A stretch of DNA of 64,000 bases from Dehalococcoidia bacterium (GTDB lineage: Bacteria; Chloroflexota; Dehalococcoidia; Lucifugimonadales; Australimonadaceae), in the NCBI GenBank assembly GCA_965206315.1, contig OZ242210.1, forward strand, positions 2,343,560 to 2,407,559, written 5' to 3'. The translations under genes were made by a program, and so were the position numbers. Positions 50,417-59,893 of the stretch are shown one piece after another (the stretch's first letter is position 1; each line of letters opens with the position of its first letter). Below the pieces are notes generated by a model. It had not been told where the DNA came from. It saw nothing but the letters and a program-made list of their open reading frames with translations, and ran no database searches.

Positions 50417-50710
50417 CTAGGCGACGGGGTTCTTGCGGGGCCTGCCTCGGCGCCGGCCGTCCGATGTCCAGAAGTAGACGGTGGTGGCGGACCGGCGAAC
50501 ATCCAGGTTCTTGCCCAGCGCCTGCGCGGCTGCGTTGAGCCTCCGCCGGATGGCCTGCGTCGTCTCGCCCTCTCCGGCCTCCAGCTTGCCCGCCTCTCCG
50601 GGGGCTACGCGCTGGATGTAACCGATGTACTCCTGCAGCAGCGCCGCTCGCTTGCCCGTTGCGCTGTTGGCGCGGGCTTCACCGATGGAAACGATGTCGA
50701 AAGTGGGCAT
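50417..50710 (-). CDS. small hypothetical protein with C-terminal AT-hook-like GRPRK tail
   Basis: Start at MPTFDIVSIGE (M21 of the ORF). The C-terminus is DGRRRGRPRKNPVA. No other family was recognised. Confidence 0.4.
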   Translation of the reverse strand: MPTFDIVSIGEARANSATGKRAALLQEYIGYIQRVAPGEAGKLEAGEGETTQAIRRRLNAAAQALGKNLDVRRSATTVYFWTSDGRRRGRPRKNPVA

Positions 50711-51090
50711 CCCACTTACCTCCTGTTGTGGGCAGCCGGACTGGGATAGCTGCCCTTGGCCGCACAGCATAACGCGCTGAATCCGACAAGTCCAGTGCAG
50801 GTTCCGATAGCAGGTCTGAGCGCTTTAGAAGTTGCCATATGGTGCGTTGGGAGAGGTTTGTCAGTGCGTGTTCCACACGTATTCGTGCCGCCCGGTGAGG
50901 CGTTCACGATTTCCTGAACGGCGGGTGTTGTCAGGCTTATGGCTCGTAAATTGAGCGCATAAGCGCGTGGGAAGGGCAGGTGAGGATCGAGGAAGGGCGT
51001 TGAGGACACCGGGCTCCGCCTGTAGCTCGTCCATGCTAGGATTGGGTAAGCCCGCCCGCCCGCAGCAGCGGACCCGCCCACGACGGAACC

Positions 51091-51876
51091 ATGGACCTCC
51101 CACCCATCGTAGACGCCCATCGCCAACCCGCAGCGCCGGATAGCGCTGAGGAGTTCGCCGCGCTCCTGGCTTCTAACGGCGTGCGGCGCACCGTGCTCGT
51201 GCAGCCCGAGCCTTCGGGCGAGGCCACGAACGCCGCGCTGGCCGCCGCGGCGAAGGACGAACTCGTGTCCGCTGCCACGGTCTGGGTGGACGTTACGTCG
51301 CGGGACCTTGGCAGGACGCTCAAACAGCTGGAACGCAACGAGAAGGTGCGCGGGCTCTGTCTCCCGGCGTATCGCGAGGAAGACAACCACTGGCTCACGC
51401 AGCCGGCCGTGCTGGCGGGCCTCCGCGAGGCAGCGAAGCGCGGCCTGAGCCTGGACGTCATCGTGGAGCCGCGCCAGGTCCCCTCCGCGCGCGATCTGGC
51501 TGAGGCCATCCCCGACATGCGCATCGCCCTCGCGCACATCGGTTCGCCGTTCATCGCCCGGAGCGAGCGGGAGCCGTGGGGCGTCCACATGCTCAACCTC
51601 GCGCCGTGCACGAATGTCTCGGTCAAGTTGAGCGGACTCGTGACGCTCGACACGGAGCCGTGGAGCACGGCCCACCTCAAACTGTTCGTGGAGCCGATGG
51701 TGCGGCTCTTCGGCTACCGCCGCATGATGTTCGGCAGCGACTGGCCGAACCACCTGCCCGTTGCGTCGTACGAGCAGGTGGTGCAGGCAACGATCGATGC
51801 GGCGGGCCCGATGACGGACGGGCAGCTCGCCGACGTGCTGAGCGGTACCGCCGCGGCGTTCTACCGCCTCGATTGA
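51091..51876 (+). CDS. amidohydrolase-2 (PF04909) family protein
   Basis: IVDAHRQ near the N-terminus, IALAHIGSP, and MFGSDWPN near the C-terminus. Confidence 0.7.
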   Translation: MDLPPIVDAHRQPAAPDSAEEFAALLASNGVRRTVLVQPEPSGEATNAALAAAAKDELVSAATVWVDVTSRDLGRTLKQLERNEKVRGLCLPAYREEDNHWLTQPAVLAGLREAAKRGLSLDVIVEPRQVPSARDLAEAIPDMRIALAHIGSPFIARSEREPWGVHMLNLAPCTNVSVKLSGLVTLDTEPWSTAHLKLFVEPMVRLFGYRRMMFGSDWPNHLPVASYEQVVQATIDAAGPMTDGQLADVLSGTAAAFYRLD

Positions 51877-51936
51877 CGCAGTAGTCCACTCTGGTAGAGG
51901 TATACTTGTGCGTGCGCGGCGGACCGCAAGGATCAG

Positions 51937-52233
51937 GTGATGAAGCACATCACGATAATGGTTGACGAGGAGACACACCGGCTTGCCCGTGCCCGGGCGG
52001 CAGAGCTGGAGACTTCGGTGTCAGAGCTTGTGCGGACGTACCTGCGCAACCTCACGGCAGGAAGTGCGGCGTCTATCGCCCAGGACACGGAAACCATCGG
52101 GCTCTCGTCCCGCGACCTCGACGACGTGCTGGTAGATTTCGACGCGCGGGGAGTTGGTCTGCACTCGTCCGGTAACCTGACACGCAGCGAATTGTACGAC
52201 AAAGCGGCGAGCGGCCCGAGTGCGGTTCGTTGA
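51937..52233 (+). CDS. ribbon-helix-helix antitoxin (VapB-like)
   Basis: MKHITIMVDEETHRLARARAAELETSVSELVRTYL. Overlaps the downstream PIN gene by 14 nt. Confidence 0.65.
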   Translation: MMKHITIMVDEETHRLARARAAELETSVSELVRTYLRNLTAGSAASIAQDTETIGLSSRDLDDVLVDFDARGVGLHSSGNLTRSELYDKAASGPSAVR

Positions 52234-52645
52234 CACCAACGTGTTGCTGTATGCGGTCAGCACGTCGTCTGACGATGCGGACAAGCGCAGCCGGGCTCGT
52301 CAACTCCTGCGCGAGCCTGACCTTGCAGTGTCGGTGCAGGTATTCCAGGAGTTCTACTACCAGGCGACCCGCGTCACTCGCCCGGATCGGTTGAGTCACG
52401 AGGATGCAATGGCCTTCCTGGGAACCCTCCTCAGGTTTCACGTACAGGAAATCACGCTGGGCATATTTCGGGAGGCCGTAGCGATCAGCCGCAGCTACGG
52501 ACTGTCCTACTGGGACGGAGCGATCCTCGCCGCTGGACGTTCGCTGGGTTGCGATGCCATCTACTCCGAAGACCTCAGTTCAGGGCAGGACTATGACGGC
52601 ATACGGGTGATCAACCCCTTCCAGGAACAGTCCATACCCCTGTGA
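52220..52645 (+). CDS. vapC: PIN-domain toxin (VapC family)
   Basis: [12 protein letters not shown] ... VQVFQEFYY ... [10 protein letters not shown] ... IYSEDL. Confidence 0.75.
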   Translation: MRFVDTNVLLYAVSTSSDDADKRSRARQLLREPDLAVSVQVFQEFYYQATRVTRPDRLSHEDAMAFLGTLLRFHVQEITLGIFREAVAISRSYGLSYWDGAILAAGRSLGCDAIYSEDLSSGQDYDGIRVINPFQEQSIPL

Positions 52646-52794
52646 CACGCTCCGATGAGGGCAGCCGCCATTCGTTACGATTTCGTTACGCCTTGCGCCG
52701 CACCCCTTTTTCTCGCTTGCCCCGCCACCTCCCAGCGCATATCCTCTCCGTTGATGCAGCACGTTCGGATCCCTCGGGACGCTGCCGCCGGACG

Positions 52795-53436
52795 ATGAGA
52801 ATACACTTCCTGACGACACTTCTTGCGCTGGCTGCGCTGACCGGCCTCCTGCTCGGATGCAGCGCGGAGGACGCGCCGCCTCCCACACCCACCCCGGACG
52901 TGTCCGAGACGAGAAACGGAGCACAGATGCCGCAACAGTACGACTCCCCGCCAGCCCTGACCATAGACCCCGACAAGAGCTACACCGCAACGTTCAAGAC
53001 CGAGAAGGGCGACATCGTCATCGAGCTCTTCGCCGACAAGGTCCCCAACACCGTCAACAACTTCGTCTTCCTCGCCCGCGAGGGCTTCTACGACGACACG
53101 ACCTTCCACCGCGTCATCCCGGACTTCATGGCGCAGGGCGGCGACCCTACCGGAACGGGCAGGGGCGGCCCCGGCTACCGCTTCGCGGACGAGTTCCACC
53201 CCAGCCTGAGGCACGACAAGCCCGGCATCCTCTCCATGGCCAATGCCGGACCGAACACCAATGGCAGCCAGTTCTTCATCACCCACGGCCCGACGCCGCA
53301 CCTGGACAACCGCCACGCCGTGTTCGGGCAGGTGACGGACGGGTTGGACGTGCTGATGTCCATCAGCGTTCGCGACCCCCAGGCGGCACGGACCCCCGGC
53401 GACGCCATCCGCACCATCGAGATCACCGAAGAGTAA
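52795..53436 (+). CDS. cyclophilin-type peptidyl-prolyl cis-trans isomerase, lipoprotein
   Basis: Start at [10 protein letters not shown] (M52 of the ORF) with lipobox LLGCS. Carries [15 protein letters not shown] and [17 protein letters not shown]. Confidence 0.85.
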   Translation: MRIHFLTTLLALAALTGLLLGCSAEDAPPPTPTPDVSETRNGAQMPQQYDSPPALTIDPDKSYTATFKTEKGDIVIELFADKVPNTVNNFVFLAREGFYDDTTFHRVIPDFMAQGGDPTGTGRGGPGYRFADEFHPSLRHDKPGILSMANAGPNTNGSQFFITHGPTPHLDNRHAVFGQVTDGLDVLMSISVRDPQAARTPGDAIRTIEITEE

Positions 53437-53513
53437 CGGGCGCCGCTTCGAACGCGCCTGGCGGACAAGAACAACAGCACTGAAGCAAGAGAGAAGAAGG
53501 AGGGACCACTGCA

Positions 53514-54527
53514 ATGATACGTGCGGAATATATCTGGGTAGACGGCACTCAGCCCACGGCGAAGCTCCGCTCCAAGGCGAAGGTCATCGAGAAGACGAAC
53601 AAGCTGGCGGACCTTCCCATCTGGGGGTTCGACGGCTCGTCCACGAACCAGGCCCCCGGCGACGCGTCCGACTGCGTGCTGCGGCCTGTCTTCTGTTGCC
53701 CCGACCCGATCCGCGGCGGGGATAACATCCTCGTCCTGGCCGAGGTGCTGCTGCCGGACATGTCTCCCCACCCCACGAACACGCGCGCTGCCTGCGCCGT
53801 TGCCGCGGAGAAGTATGCGAGCCTCGAGTTCTGGTTCGGCATCGAGCAGGAGTACACGTTCTTCAAGGGCACCCGCCCGCTCGGCTTCCCGGAGGGCGGC
53901 TACCCTCCGCCCCAGGGCGGCTACTACTGCGGCGTCGGCGCCGACGAGGTGTTCGGCCGTCCCGTCGTCGAGGCGCATCTCGAGAACTGCCTGCAGGCGG
54001 GGCTCGGCATCTCCGGCATCAACGGAGAAGTCATGCCCGGGCAGTGGGAGTTCCAGGTCGGCCCGCTCGGCGCGCTGGACGTATCCGACCAGCTCTGGGT
54101 CGCCCGCTGGCTGCTCTACCGCACCGGCGAACCCTTCGACATCAACGCGACGCTGGACCCCAAGCCCGCGCGCGGCGACTGGAACGGGGCAGGGGCGCAC
54201 ACCAACTTCTCCACCAACGCCATGCGCACCAGCTACCAGCCGAACATCGACGCGGCCGAGGCGCTGAAGACGCGCCACGATCTCCACATCGCCAACTACG
54301 GCTACCGCATCGAGGAGCGCCTGACCGGCCTCCACGAGACCGCCTCCTACAAGGAGTTCAAGTACGGCGTCTCCGACCGCGGCGCCTCCGTCCGCATCCC
54401 CTGGCAGGTCGAGGTCGAGGGCAAGGGCTACATCGAAGACCGCCGCCCCAACGCCAACATGGACCCGTACACCGTCACCCGCCTCATCATGGAGACGGTC
54501 GGCGACGCGGCCATGGCCGCTGCGTAA
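53514..54527 (+). CDS. glnII: glutamine synthetase type II (eukaryote-like)
   Basis: YIWVDG, WGFDGSSTNQA, GINGEVMPGQWEFQVGP, NGAGAHTNFS and EDRRPNANMDPY. Confidence 0.85.
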   Translation: MIRAEYIWVDGTQPTAKLRSKAKVIEKTNKLADLPIWGFDGSSTNQAPGDASDCVLRPVFCCPDPIRGGDNILVLAEVLLPDMSPHPTNTRAACAVAAEKYASLEFWFGIEQEYTFFKGTRPLGFPEGGYPPPQGGYYCGVGADEVFGRPVVEAHLENCLQAGLGISGINGEVMPGQWEFQVGPLGALDVSDQLWVARWLLYRTGEPFDINATLDPKPARGDWNGAGAHTNFSTNAMRTSYQPNIDAAEALKTRHDLHIANYGYRIEERLTGLHETASYKEFKYGVSDRGASVRIPWQVEVEGKGYIEDRRPNANMDPYTVTRLIMETVGDAAMAAA

Positions 54528-54551
54528 GCACTGGTCGCATCCATTACGATA

Positions 54552-54583
54552 GGAGCCGCCCCACCGGGCGGCTCCTTCGTATA
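54552..54583 (+). terminator. putative intrinsic terminator downstream of glnII
   Basis: Perfect 10-bp stem 'ggagccgccc'/'gggcggctcc' with a 4-nt loop, followed by 'ttcgtata'. It lies 25 nt after the stop codon. Confidence 0.5.
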
Positions 54584-54607
54584 CCGCCTCCTCTAAGGAG
54601 TAAACGC

Positions 54608-55507
54608 ATGGCAATCGGAGAAGTAGCGATCGTTGCAAGGAACCCGGACGTCGTCGGGGAGAACCCGCTATGGAACCCCGACGACCGGCACCTCTACTGG
54701 ACCGACAACCGGTCGCAGCGCGTGCATCGCCTGGACCCGGCGACCGGCGCGGTCGAGGCGGTGGTCGAGGGCCAGGCGTTCTACGCGTTCACGCTCCAGG
54801 CGGACGGTTCGCTGGTGCTGTTCATGGACCGCACGCGGGTAGGGGCGGCGCAGGCCGGCGGCCCCGTCAGGCTCGTCATCGACGGGCTGCCGGGCGAGGG
54901 AGAGGCCCGCTTCAACGACGTCGTGGCCGACCGGTACGGGCGCGTTGTGGCGGGCGTCATACCCCCTGAAGGCGGGACAGGCTCGCTCTACTCGATCGGG
55001 CAGGACGGGTCAGCCACCCTGCTTGCGAGCGGAGTCGAGATGCCCAACGGCATGGCCTTCTCGTCCGACGACCGGCTCCTCTACGTCGCCGAGACCCGGG
55101 GCAGGCGCGTCGCCCTGTTCGACTACGACCTCGACTCAGGGACGGTCTCCAACCGGCGCGTCTTCATCGACCTCTCCGGCGTAGAAGGCGGCTCGCCCGA
55201 CGGCATCACGCTCGACGCGGACGGCTGTCTGTGGGTGGCGCTGTCAGGCGGGTGGTCCGTCGTCCGGTACGACCCCTCGGGCGCGGAGATGACGCGGGTG
55301 GAGTTCCCTGCGCGCAAGATAACCAGCATCGGATTCGGGGACAGCGACCTCTCCACCGCCTACGTCACCTCGTCGAGCAGGCAGTCCGTGCCGGGCGAGG
55401 AGATCGGTCCGGAGGGCGGGGCGCTCTTCGCGTTCCGCCCGGACGTGGCGGGCGTTCTGGAGCACCGGTCGAGCGTCGATACGGAGGGCGGGTCGCCTAC
55501 CCGGTGA
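54608..55507 (+). CDS. SMP-30/gluconolactonase/LRE-family protein
   Basis: 3' part of ORF 54044..55507, starting at MAIGEVAIV after an AAGGAG RBS. Carries GENPLWNP...LYWTD, PNGMAFS and SPDGITLDADGCLWVA. Confidence 0.8.
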   Translation: MAIGEVAIVARNPDVVGENPLWNPDDRHLYWTDNRSQRVHRLDPATGAVEAVVEGQAFYAFTLQADGSLVLFMDRTRVGAAQAGGPVRLVIDGLPGEGEARFNDVVADRYGRVVAGVIPPEGGTGSLYSIGQDGSATLLASGVEMPNGMAFSSDDRLLYVAETRGRRVALFDYDLDSGTVSNRRVFIDLSGVEGGSPDGITLDADGCLWVALSGGWSVVRYDPSGAEMTRVEFPARKITSIGFGDSDLSTAYVTSSSRQSVPGEEIGPEGGALFAFRPDVAGVLEHRSSVDTEGGSPTR

Positions 55508-56057
55508 AGGTGCGGCGGAACTTCACGAGGTTCTCTTCCACCACGACCTTCGGGCGCTGGCGGGGCTCGCCCGTCTCCTCGATGTCGACGTGGATGAACC
55601 ACGGCCCCGGCTCGCGTATCGCCTGGTCGAGTGCCTCCTCGAACGCCTCGACCGTCGCCGCCCGCGCGACGTTCTTGATGCCAGCCGCGAGCGCGATCCC
55701 GCCGAGGTCGGTGCCCGTCGACGTGTGCGTCGGCTGGCCGCCCGTCTCGTACCACATCTGGTTGTCCCACACGATGTGCACGAGGTTTGGCGGCGCCTGT
55801 CGCGCTATCGTCGCGAGCGAGCCGAGGTTCATCAGCAGCGAGCCGTCGCCGTCCATGACGAACACCTTGCGGTCCGGCGCGGCCATCGCCACGCCCAGCG
55901 CGATGGACGACACCAGCCCCATCGCGCCCCAGGTGTAGAGGTTCGCGTCGCGGTCGCCCGATGCGTACAGGTCGAACGTCGCCGGGCCGAGGTTGGCGAT
56001 GATCGGTTCGTGGTCGACCCTGCGCACCAGCGCGGCGATGCCCTCACGACGTAGCAC
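55497..56057 (-). CDS. TPP-dependent decarboxylase, beta subunit (sulfopyruvate/phosphonopyruvate decarboxylase family)
   Basis: TPP-binding motif MDGDGSLLMNLGSLATIA...VWDNQ. GTG start overlaps the alpha gene by 14 nt. Confidence 0.65.
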   Translation of the reverse strand: MLRREGIAALVRRVDHEPIIANLGPATFDLYASGDRDANLYTWGAMGLVSSIALGVAMAAPDRKVFVMDGDGSLLMNLGSLATIARQAPPNLVHIVWDNQMWYETGGQPTHTSTGTDLGGIALAAGIKNVARAATVEAFEEALDQAIREPGPWFIHVDIEETGEPRQRPKVVVEENLVKFRRTFTG

Positions 56058-56589
56058 GTTTCGCTCCCACCAGCTGTGCGTACCAGAGGATGGCCACCGG
56101 CATGCGGCTCGCGTACGCCAGTTCGATCGCGCCGTCCACGTACTTCTGCACCTCGTCCTCGCGCTCCGGCGCGTAGTGCTGGATGTGCAGTTCGTCGAGG
56201 ATCGCGGGGATCGGCCGCGCCGACGGCACCTGCACCTCGTTGAATTCGCTCAGCCCGCCGCGCATCCCGATGAACAGCGGGACCGGGATTCGGTAGCCGG
56301 TGAGCAGTTGCGCCAGTGCGTTGATCGTGTTTCCGAACCCGCTGCTCTGCATGAACATCGCCGCGCGCCCGCCTGCGGCGTAGACGCCCGCCGCGATACC
56401 GACCGCCTCCTCCTCCCGCGATGCGGGCACGACGGTGAACGCAGAATCGGCTTCCAGCTTGGAGAGCACCTGCCAGTTGATGGCGTCCGGCACGTACGTC
56501 GCGTGCCAGACCTCGTGCTCGCGCAGGCTCTCTACAACGACGTCAGACCAGTGCATGGCCGGTGGATTATAGAGCAACCGCGACTGCAA
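56044..56589 (-). CDS. TPP-dependent decarboxylase, alpha subunit (pyrimidine-binding half)
   Basis: The region EEEAVGIAAGVYAAGGRAAMFMQSSGFGN is typical of the N-terminal TPP-enzyme domain, here encoded as a separate 181-aa protein. Confidence 0.65.
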   Translation of the reverse strand: MQSRLLYNPPAMHWSDVVVESLREHEVWHATYVPDAINWQVLSKLEADSAFTVVPASREEEAVGIAAGVYAAGGRAAMFMQSSGFGNTINALAQLLTGYRIPVPLFIGMRGGLSEFNEVQVPSARPIPAILDELHIQHYAPEREDEVQKYVDGAIELAYASRMPVAILWYAQLVGAKRATS

Positions 56590-56688
56590 TGGAGCAAGGA
56601 GCCGCAGTCTCCTGCTACGGAAGGGTGAGCAGGTCTCGATTGGCTATAATCTCCCCAGTTGTATGCCCTCCCACCGCCTCAACAAGGG

Positions 56689-57867
56689 ATGAAGAACCGC
56701 GACGCGAGATACAGGCAGATTTCGTTGCCGACGGCAGTCCTGGCGGTTGTGTTCCTTGCTGCCTGCGCCTCTCCGACCCCAACTCCAACCCCGTTCCCGA
56801 CGCCAACCCCGACGCCCACTCCCGCTCCGCCCGAAGCCCCCGCTGCGCCAGCGGTGAAGTCCCTGGGCACCACCGTCATCGAGGCGTCGTGGGAAGAACC
56901 GGTCAGCGAGCGGCCGGTCCGTGAATATGAGTACCGCTTCCGCACCGAGTCCAGGCCATGGGTCGAGGTACTGGACACCGGCCACGTAGAACGCAGGGTC
57001 CGGATCGTTGCCCTGGCACCAGACACGACCTACGGCGTACAGGTGCGGGCGCTGAGCAGCGCCGGGACCGGCGGGTGGTCGGCGACCGGGACTTCGACGA
57101 CGGACATGCTTCCAACAGCCACTCCAACGCCGACGCCGACTCCAACTCCAACCCCGACGCCTACGCCAACCTCAACGCCCACACCCACGCCCACGCCGAC
57201 CCCGGTCCCAACCTCCACGCCAACTCCGACACCGACGCCGACCTCTACGCCCACACCCACGCCCACGCCGGACTACTTTGCCATCACGAAACAGGCCGTC
57301 GTGAAGGTGGAGACAGAGCGGGCGCAAGGGTCAGGCTTCTTCGTGGGCTCCGACGGCCAGCGCGGACTGGTCCTGACGAGCTACCACGTCATCGATTCCA
57401 ACCTGAACAACGTCAGGGTTGCTGTCGGCCTGGAAACCTACGATGCAGACGTTCTTGGTTACGACGCTGAGAAAGATGTGGCCATGCTCCGGGTGTGCTG
57501 CTCGTCGTCGTTCGACTCCATCTCGATGAGTCCTGAACAGCCTCCTGCGGGAACGCGCGTCATAGCCGTCGGGTTCCCGCTCGGGAGCAACGATGCAGTG
57601 ATCACGAGCGGGATCGTGTCGCGGACCTTCTTCGATGACGAGCACGGGGCGCACGTTGTTCAGACTGACGCACCGCTCAACCCCGGGAACAGCGGCGGCC
57701 CTCTCGTATCGCTGTCAACCGGAGAAGTCGTTGGCATACCGACCAGTGTGATACGCCGGTCGGGAGGGATATCAGTGGAAGGCACCGGCTATGCGATAGC
57801 GAGCAGCAGTATCGTTACCATCCTTGGCGACCTGGAGTCGGGTGCCCTGAGACACGCACCTCCGTAA
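56689..57867 (+). CDS. secreted lipoprotein: FN3-like domain, Pro/Thr linker and trypsin-like (S1C) serine protease domain
   Basis: Lipobox FLAACAS. FN3-like region SWEEP...EYEYRFR...TYGVQVRALS. Catalytic His (LTSYHVI), Asp (EKDVAMLRV) and Ser (NPGNSGGPL). Confidence 0.75.
   Translation: MKNRDARYRQISLPTAVLAVVFLAACASPTPTPTPFPTPTPTPTPAPPEAPAAPAVKSLGTTVIEASWEEPVSERPVREYEYRFRTESRPWVEVLDTGHVERRVRIVALAPDTTYGVQVRALSSAGTGGWSATGTSTTDMLPTATPTPTPTPTPTPTPTPTSTPTPTPTPTPVPTSTPTPTPTPTSTPTPTPTPDYFAITKQAVVKVETERAQGSGFFVGSDGQRGLVLTSYHVIDSNLNNVRVAVGLETYDADVLGYDAEKDVAMLRVCCSSSFDSISMSPEQPPAGTRVIAVGFPLGSNDAVITSGIVSRTFFDDEHGAHVVQTDAPLNPGNSGGPLVSLSTGEVVGIPTSVIRRSGGISVEGTGYAIASSSIVTILGDLESGALRHAPP
57112..57270 (+). 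repeat. coding low-complexity (Pro-Thr)n tract
   Basis: About 50 residues of TPTPTPTP/TSTPTP, encoded by degenerate ACN-CCN dinucleotide-codon repeats. A shorter tract lies at about 56770-56830. Confidence 0.8.
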
Positions 57868-57928
57868 ACCCCCGCACCGCGTCCGAAGGCAGCCCCGTCC
57901 ACGACAAGATGGTAGAAGTAGAAATGCG

Positions 57929-58423
57929 TTATGACTCGACCAAGCGCACATAGAAGCAGTAGATGATCAGCCCGTAGGCGGGCAGGCAGACGAGGAAATA
58001 GACGAGATAGGAGGCCTTGGTCGGCTTGAAGCCCTCGTCCACGGTTCCGCCAGCTGCCTCTATGGCCTTCCTTCGCGCCCGCTTTCTGCACCACTGCACG
58101 AACTTGCGAACGACGTATCCGGCGACCGCGCCGTAGATAGCGGCTTGCAGTATGGAGTCCCTGCCCAACGGCTCCCAGCCCGTGAGCTCCGCCAGCCAGA
58201 CCGCCCCGGCAGCGAGCCCGGCGCCCGCCGCCGCAGAGAGGAGGTCCCAGACAAGTTCCGCCTCCATGGACAGAAGGCCACACAGAGCGCCTAGCGCGGC
58301 GCCAGCGATCGCCAGAGGCAGTTTCAAGTCTGGGCCACCGGCCCATTCGAGGAGCCAGCCGGCGCCGTAGCCGACGAACCATCCGACGACGCCGAGGACG
58401 ACAAAGGGCAGGTTGCTGGGCAT
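57929..58423 (-). CDS. hypothetical integral membrane protein
   Basis: Start at MPSNLPFVVLGVVGW (M22 of the ORF). Has 4-5 hydrophobic spans. No family was recognised. Confidence 0.45.
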   Translation of the reverse strand: MPSNLPFVVLGVVGWFVGYGAGWLLEWAGGPDLKLPLAIAGAALGALCGLLSMEAELVWDLLSAAAGAGLAAGAVWLAELTGWEPLGRDSILQAAIYGAVAGYVVRKFVQWCRKRARRKAIEAAGGTVDEGFKPTKASYLVYFLVCLPAYGLIIYCFYVRLVES

Positions 58424-58557
58424 GCTGCGCGCCTTTGCTCCTAACTCGTTTGCCGCATCATAGCCGTCCCTCTTGGCCGCGCACATACCGGTACGTGTGC
58501 GCTACAATCCCCCCCAGATCGACCGACCGCCCGATAGAGCCGAAGGAGGTTCGCCTC

Positions 58558-59868
58558 ATGCTGACCGCACAGGAGAACAAAGACCTCACCAGCGTCATGC
58601 CCGGCACGCCGATGGGCGAGCTGTTCCGGCGCTACTGGCACCCCATCGCCGCTGCCGCCGAGTTGGACGACCGCCCCACGAAGGCAGTGCGCGTCCTCGG
58701 CGAGGACCTCGTCCTCTACAAGGACAAGTCCGGCACGATGGGGCTCATCGACCGCTTCTGCCCCCACCGCAGGGTGGACCTCTCCTACGGCATCCCGGAG
58801 GAGCATGGCCTGCGCTGCATGTACCACGGCTGGATGATGGACGAGACCGGACAGTGCATCGAGCAGCCGTTCGAGGAGACGGTCCACCCGGACGGGCGCT
58901 TCAAGGAGAAGGTGAAGGTCGCGGGATACCCCGTCGAGTCGTACGGCGGGCTCGTCTTCGCCTATCTCGGCCCGCAGCCCGCGCCGCTGCTCCCGCACTG
59001 GGAGACGTTCGAGTGGGAGGGCGGCTGGAGCGACATCGGCATCGTCGAGCTCCCCTGCAACTGGCTGCAGTGCATGGAGAACTCCATGGACCCGGTGCAC
59101 CTGGAGTGGCTGCACGGCTACTGGGGCGTCCGCCAGCAGCAGGACAAGGCCGTCAGGCTTGGCCTCGCCGAGGCCGACTCGTTCCCCACGGTGCCGCGCA
59201 GGCACCGGAAGATCGGTTTCGACGTCTTCGACTACGGCCTCATCAAGCGCCGCGTCGTCGAGGGCACCACCGAGGACGACCACGACTGGAAGGTCGGCCA
59301 CCCGGTGCTCTTCCCCAACGTCCTCTTCGTCGGCAGCGTCGTCAACTGCACGCTCCAGTACCGGGTGCCGGTCGACGACACTCACACCATGCACATCACC
59401 TGGTTCTTCTACCGCGCCGCCGAAGGCGCCGAGCCGCCGAAGCAGGAGAAGGTGCCGTACTGGTACGTGAACCTCTACGAGCCCGACGGCACGCTCATCC
59501 CTGACCTCGTGAACCACCAGGACTTCGTCGCGTGGATCACGCAGGGCCCGAACGCCGAGCGCGAGAAGGAGAAGCTGGGCGAGTCGGACCGCGGCATCAT
59601 CCTCTACCGCAAGGTGCTGAAGGAGCAGGCCGGCATCGTCCAGGACGGCGGCGAGCCGATGGGCGTCGTGCGCGACCCCGAAGTCAACAAGCGCATCGAC
59701 CTCCCGCTCGAACGCTGGCAGGCCCTCTCTGACGTGACGTGGATGACGCGCTACATGCCGCTGCAGCAGGGCGAGCCGCCCGAGCTCGTGTCCACCATCG
59801 AGCAGGTGCTCAGCACGTGGGCAGGCGAGAAGCCCTGGACGGAGGCGCAGGCCACACTCAACCAGTAG
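58558..59868 (+). CDS. Rieske non-heme-iron oxygenase alpha subunit (paralogue 6)
   Basis: Start at MLTAQENKDL (M42 of the ORF) after a GAAGGAGG RBS. CPHRRVDLSYGIPEEHGLRCMYHGW and ENSMDPVHLEWLH. Confidence 0.85.
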   Translation: MLTAQENKDLTSVMPGTPMGELFRRYWHPIAAAAELDDRPTKAVRVLGEDLVLYKDKSGTMGLIDRFCPHRRVDLSYGIPEEHGLRCMYHGWMMDETGQCIEQPFEETVHPDGRFKEKVKVAGYPVESYGGLVFAYLGPQPAPLLPHWETFEWEGGWSDIGIVELPCNWLQCMENSMDPVHLEWLHGYWGVRQQQDKAVRLGLAEADSFPTVPRRHRKIGFDVFDYGLIKRRVVEGTTEDDHDWKVGHPVLFPNVLFVGSVVNCTLQYRVPVDDTHTMHITWFFYRAAEGAEPPKQEKVPYWYVNLYEPDGTLIPDLVNHQDFVAWITQGPNAEREKEKLGESDRGIILYRKVLKEQAGIVQDGGEPMGVVRDPEVNKRIDLPLERWQALSDVTWMTRYMPLQQGEPPELVSTIEQVLSTWAGEKPWTEAQATLNQ

Positions 59869-59893
59869 GGCTTGCGCTCAGCGAGACGTACGA

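Noticed and set aside
50716-51978. 420-aa minus-strand ORF
   Set aside because: It is mostly antisense to the PF04909 amidohydrolase (51091-51876), which has the expected metal-binding motifs. The remainder covers non-coding DNA.
57112-57270. Non-coding satellite or VNTR
   Set aside because: The tract is in frame within a well-supported protease gene and encodes a Pro/Thr linker.
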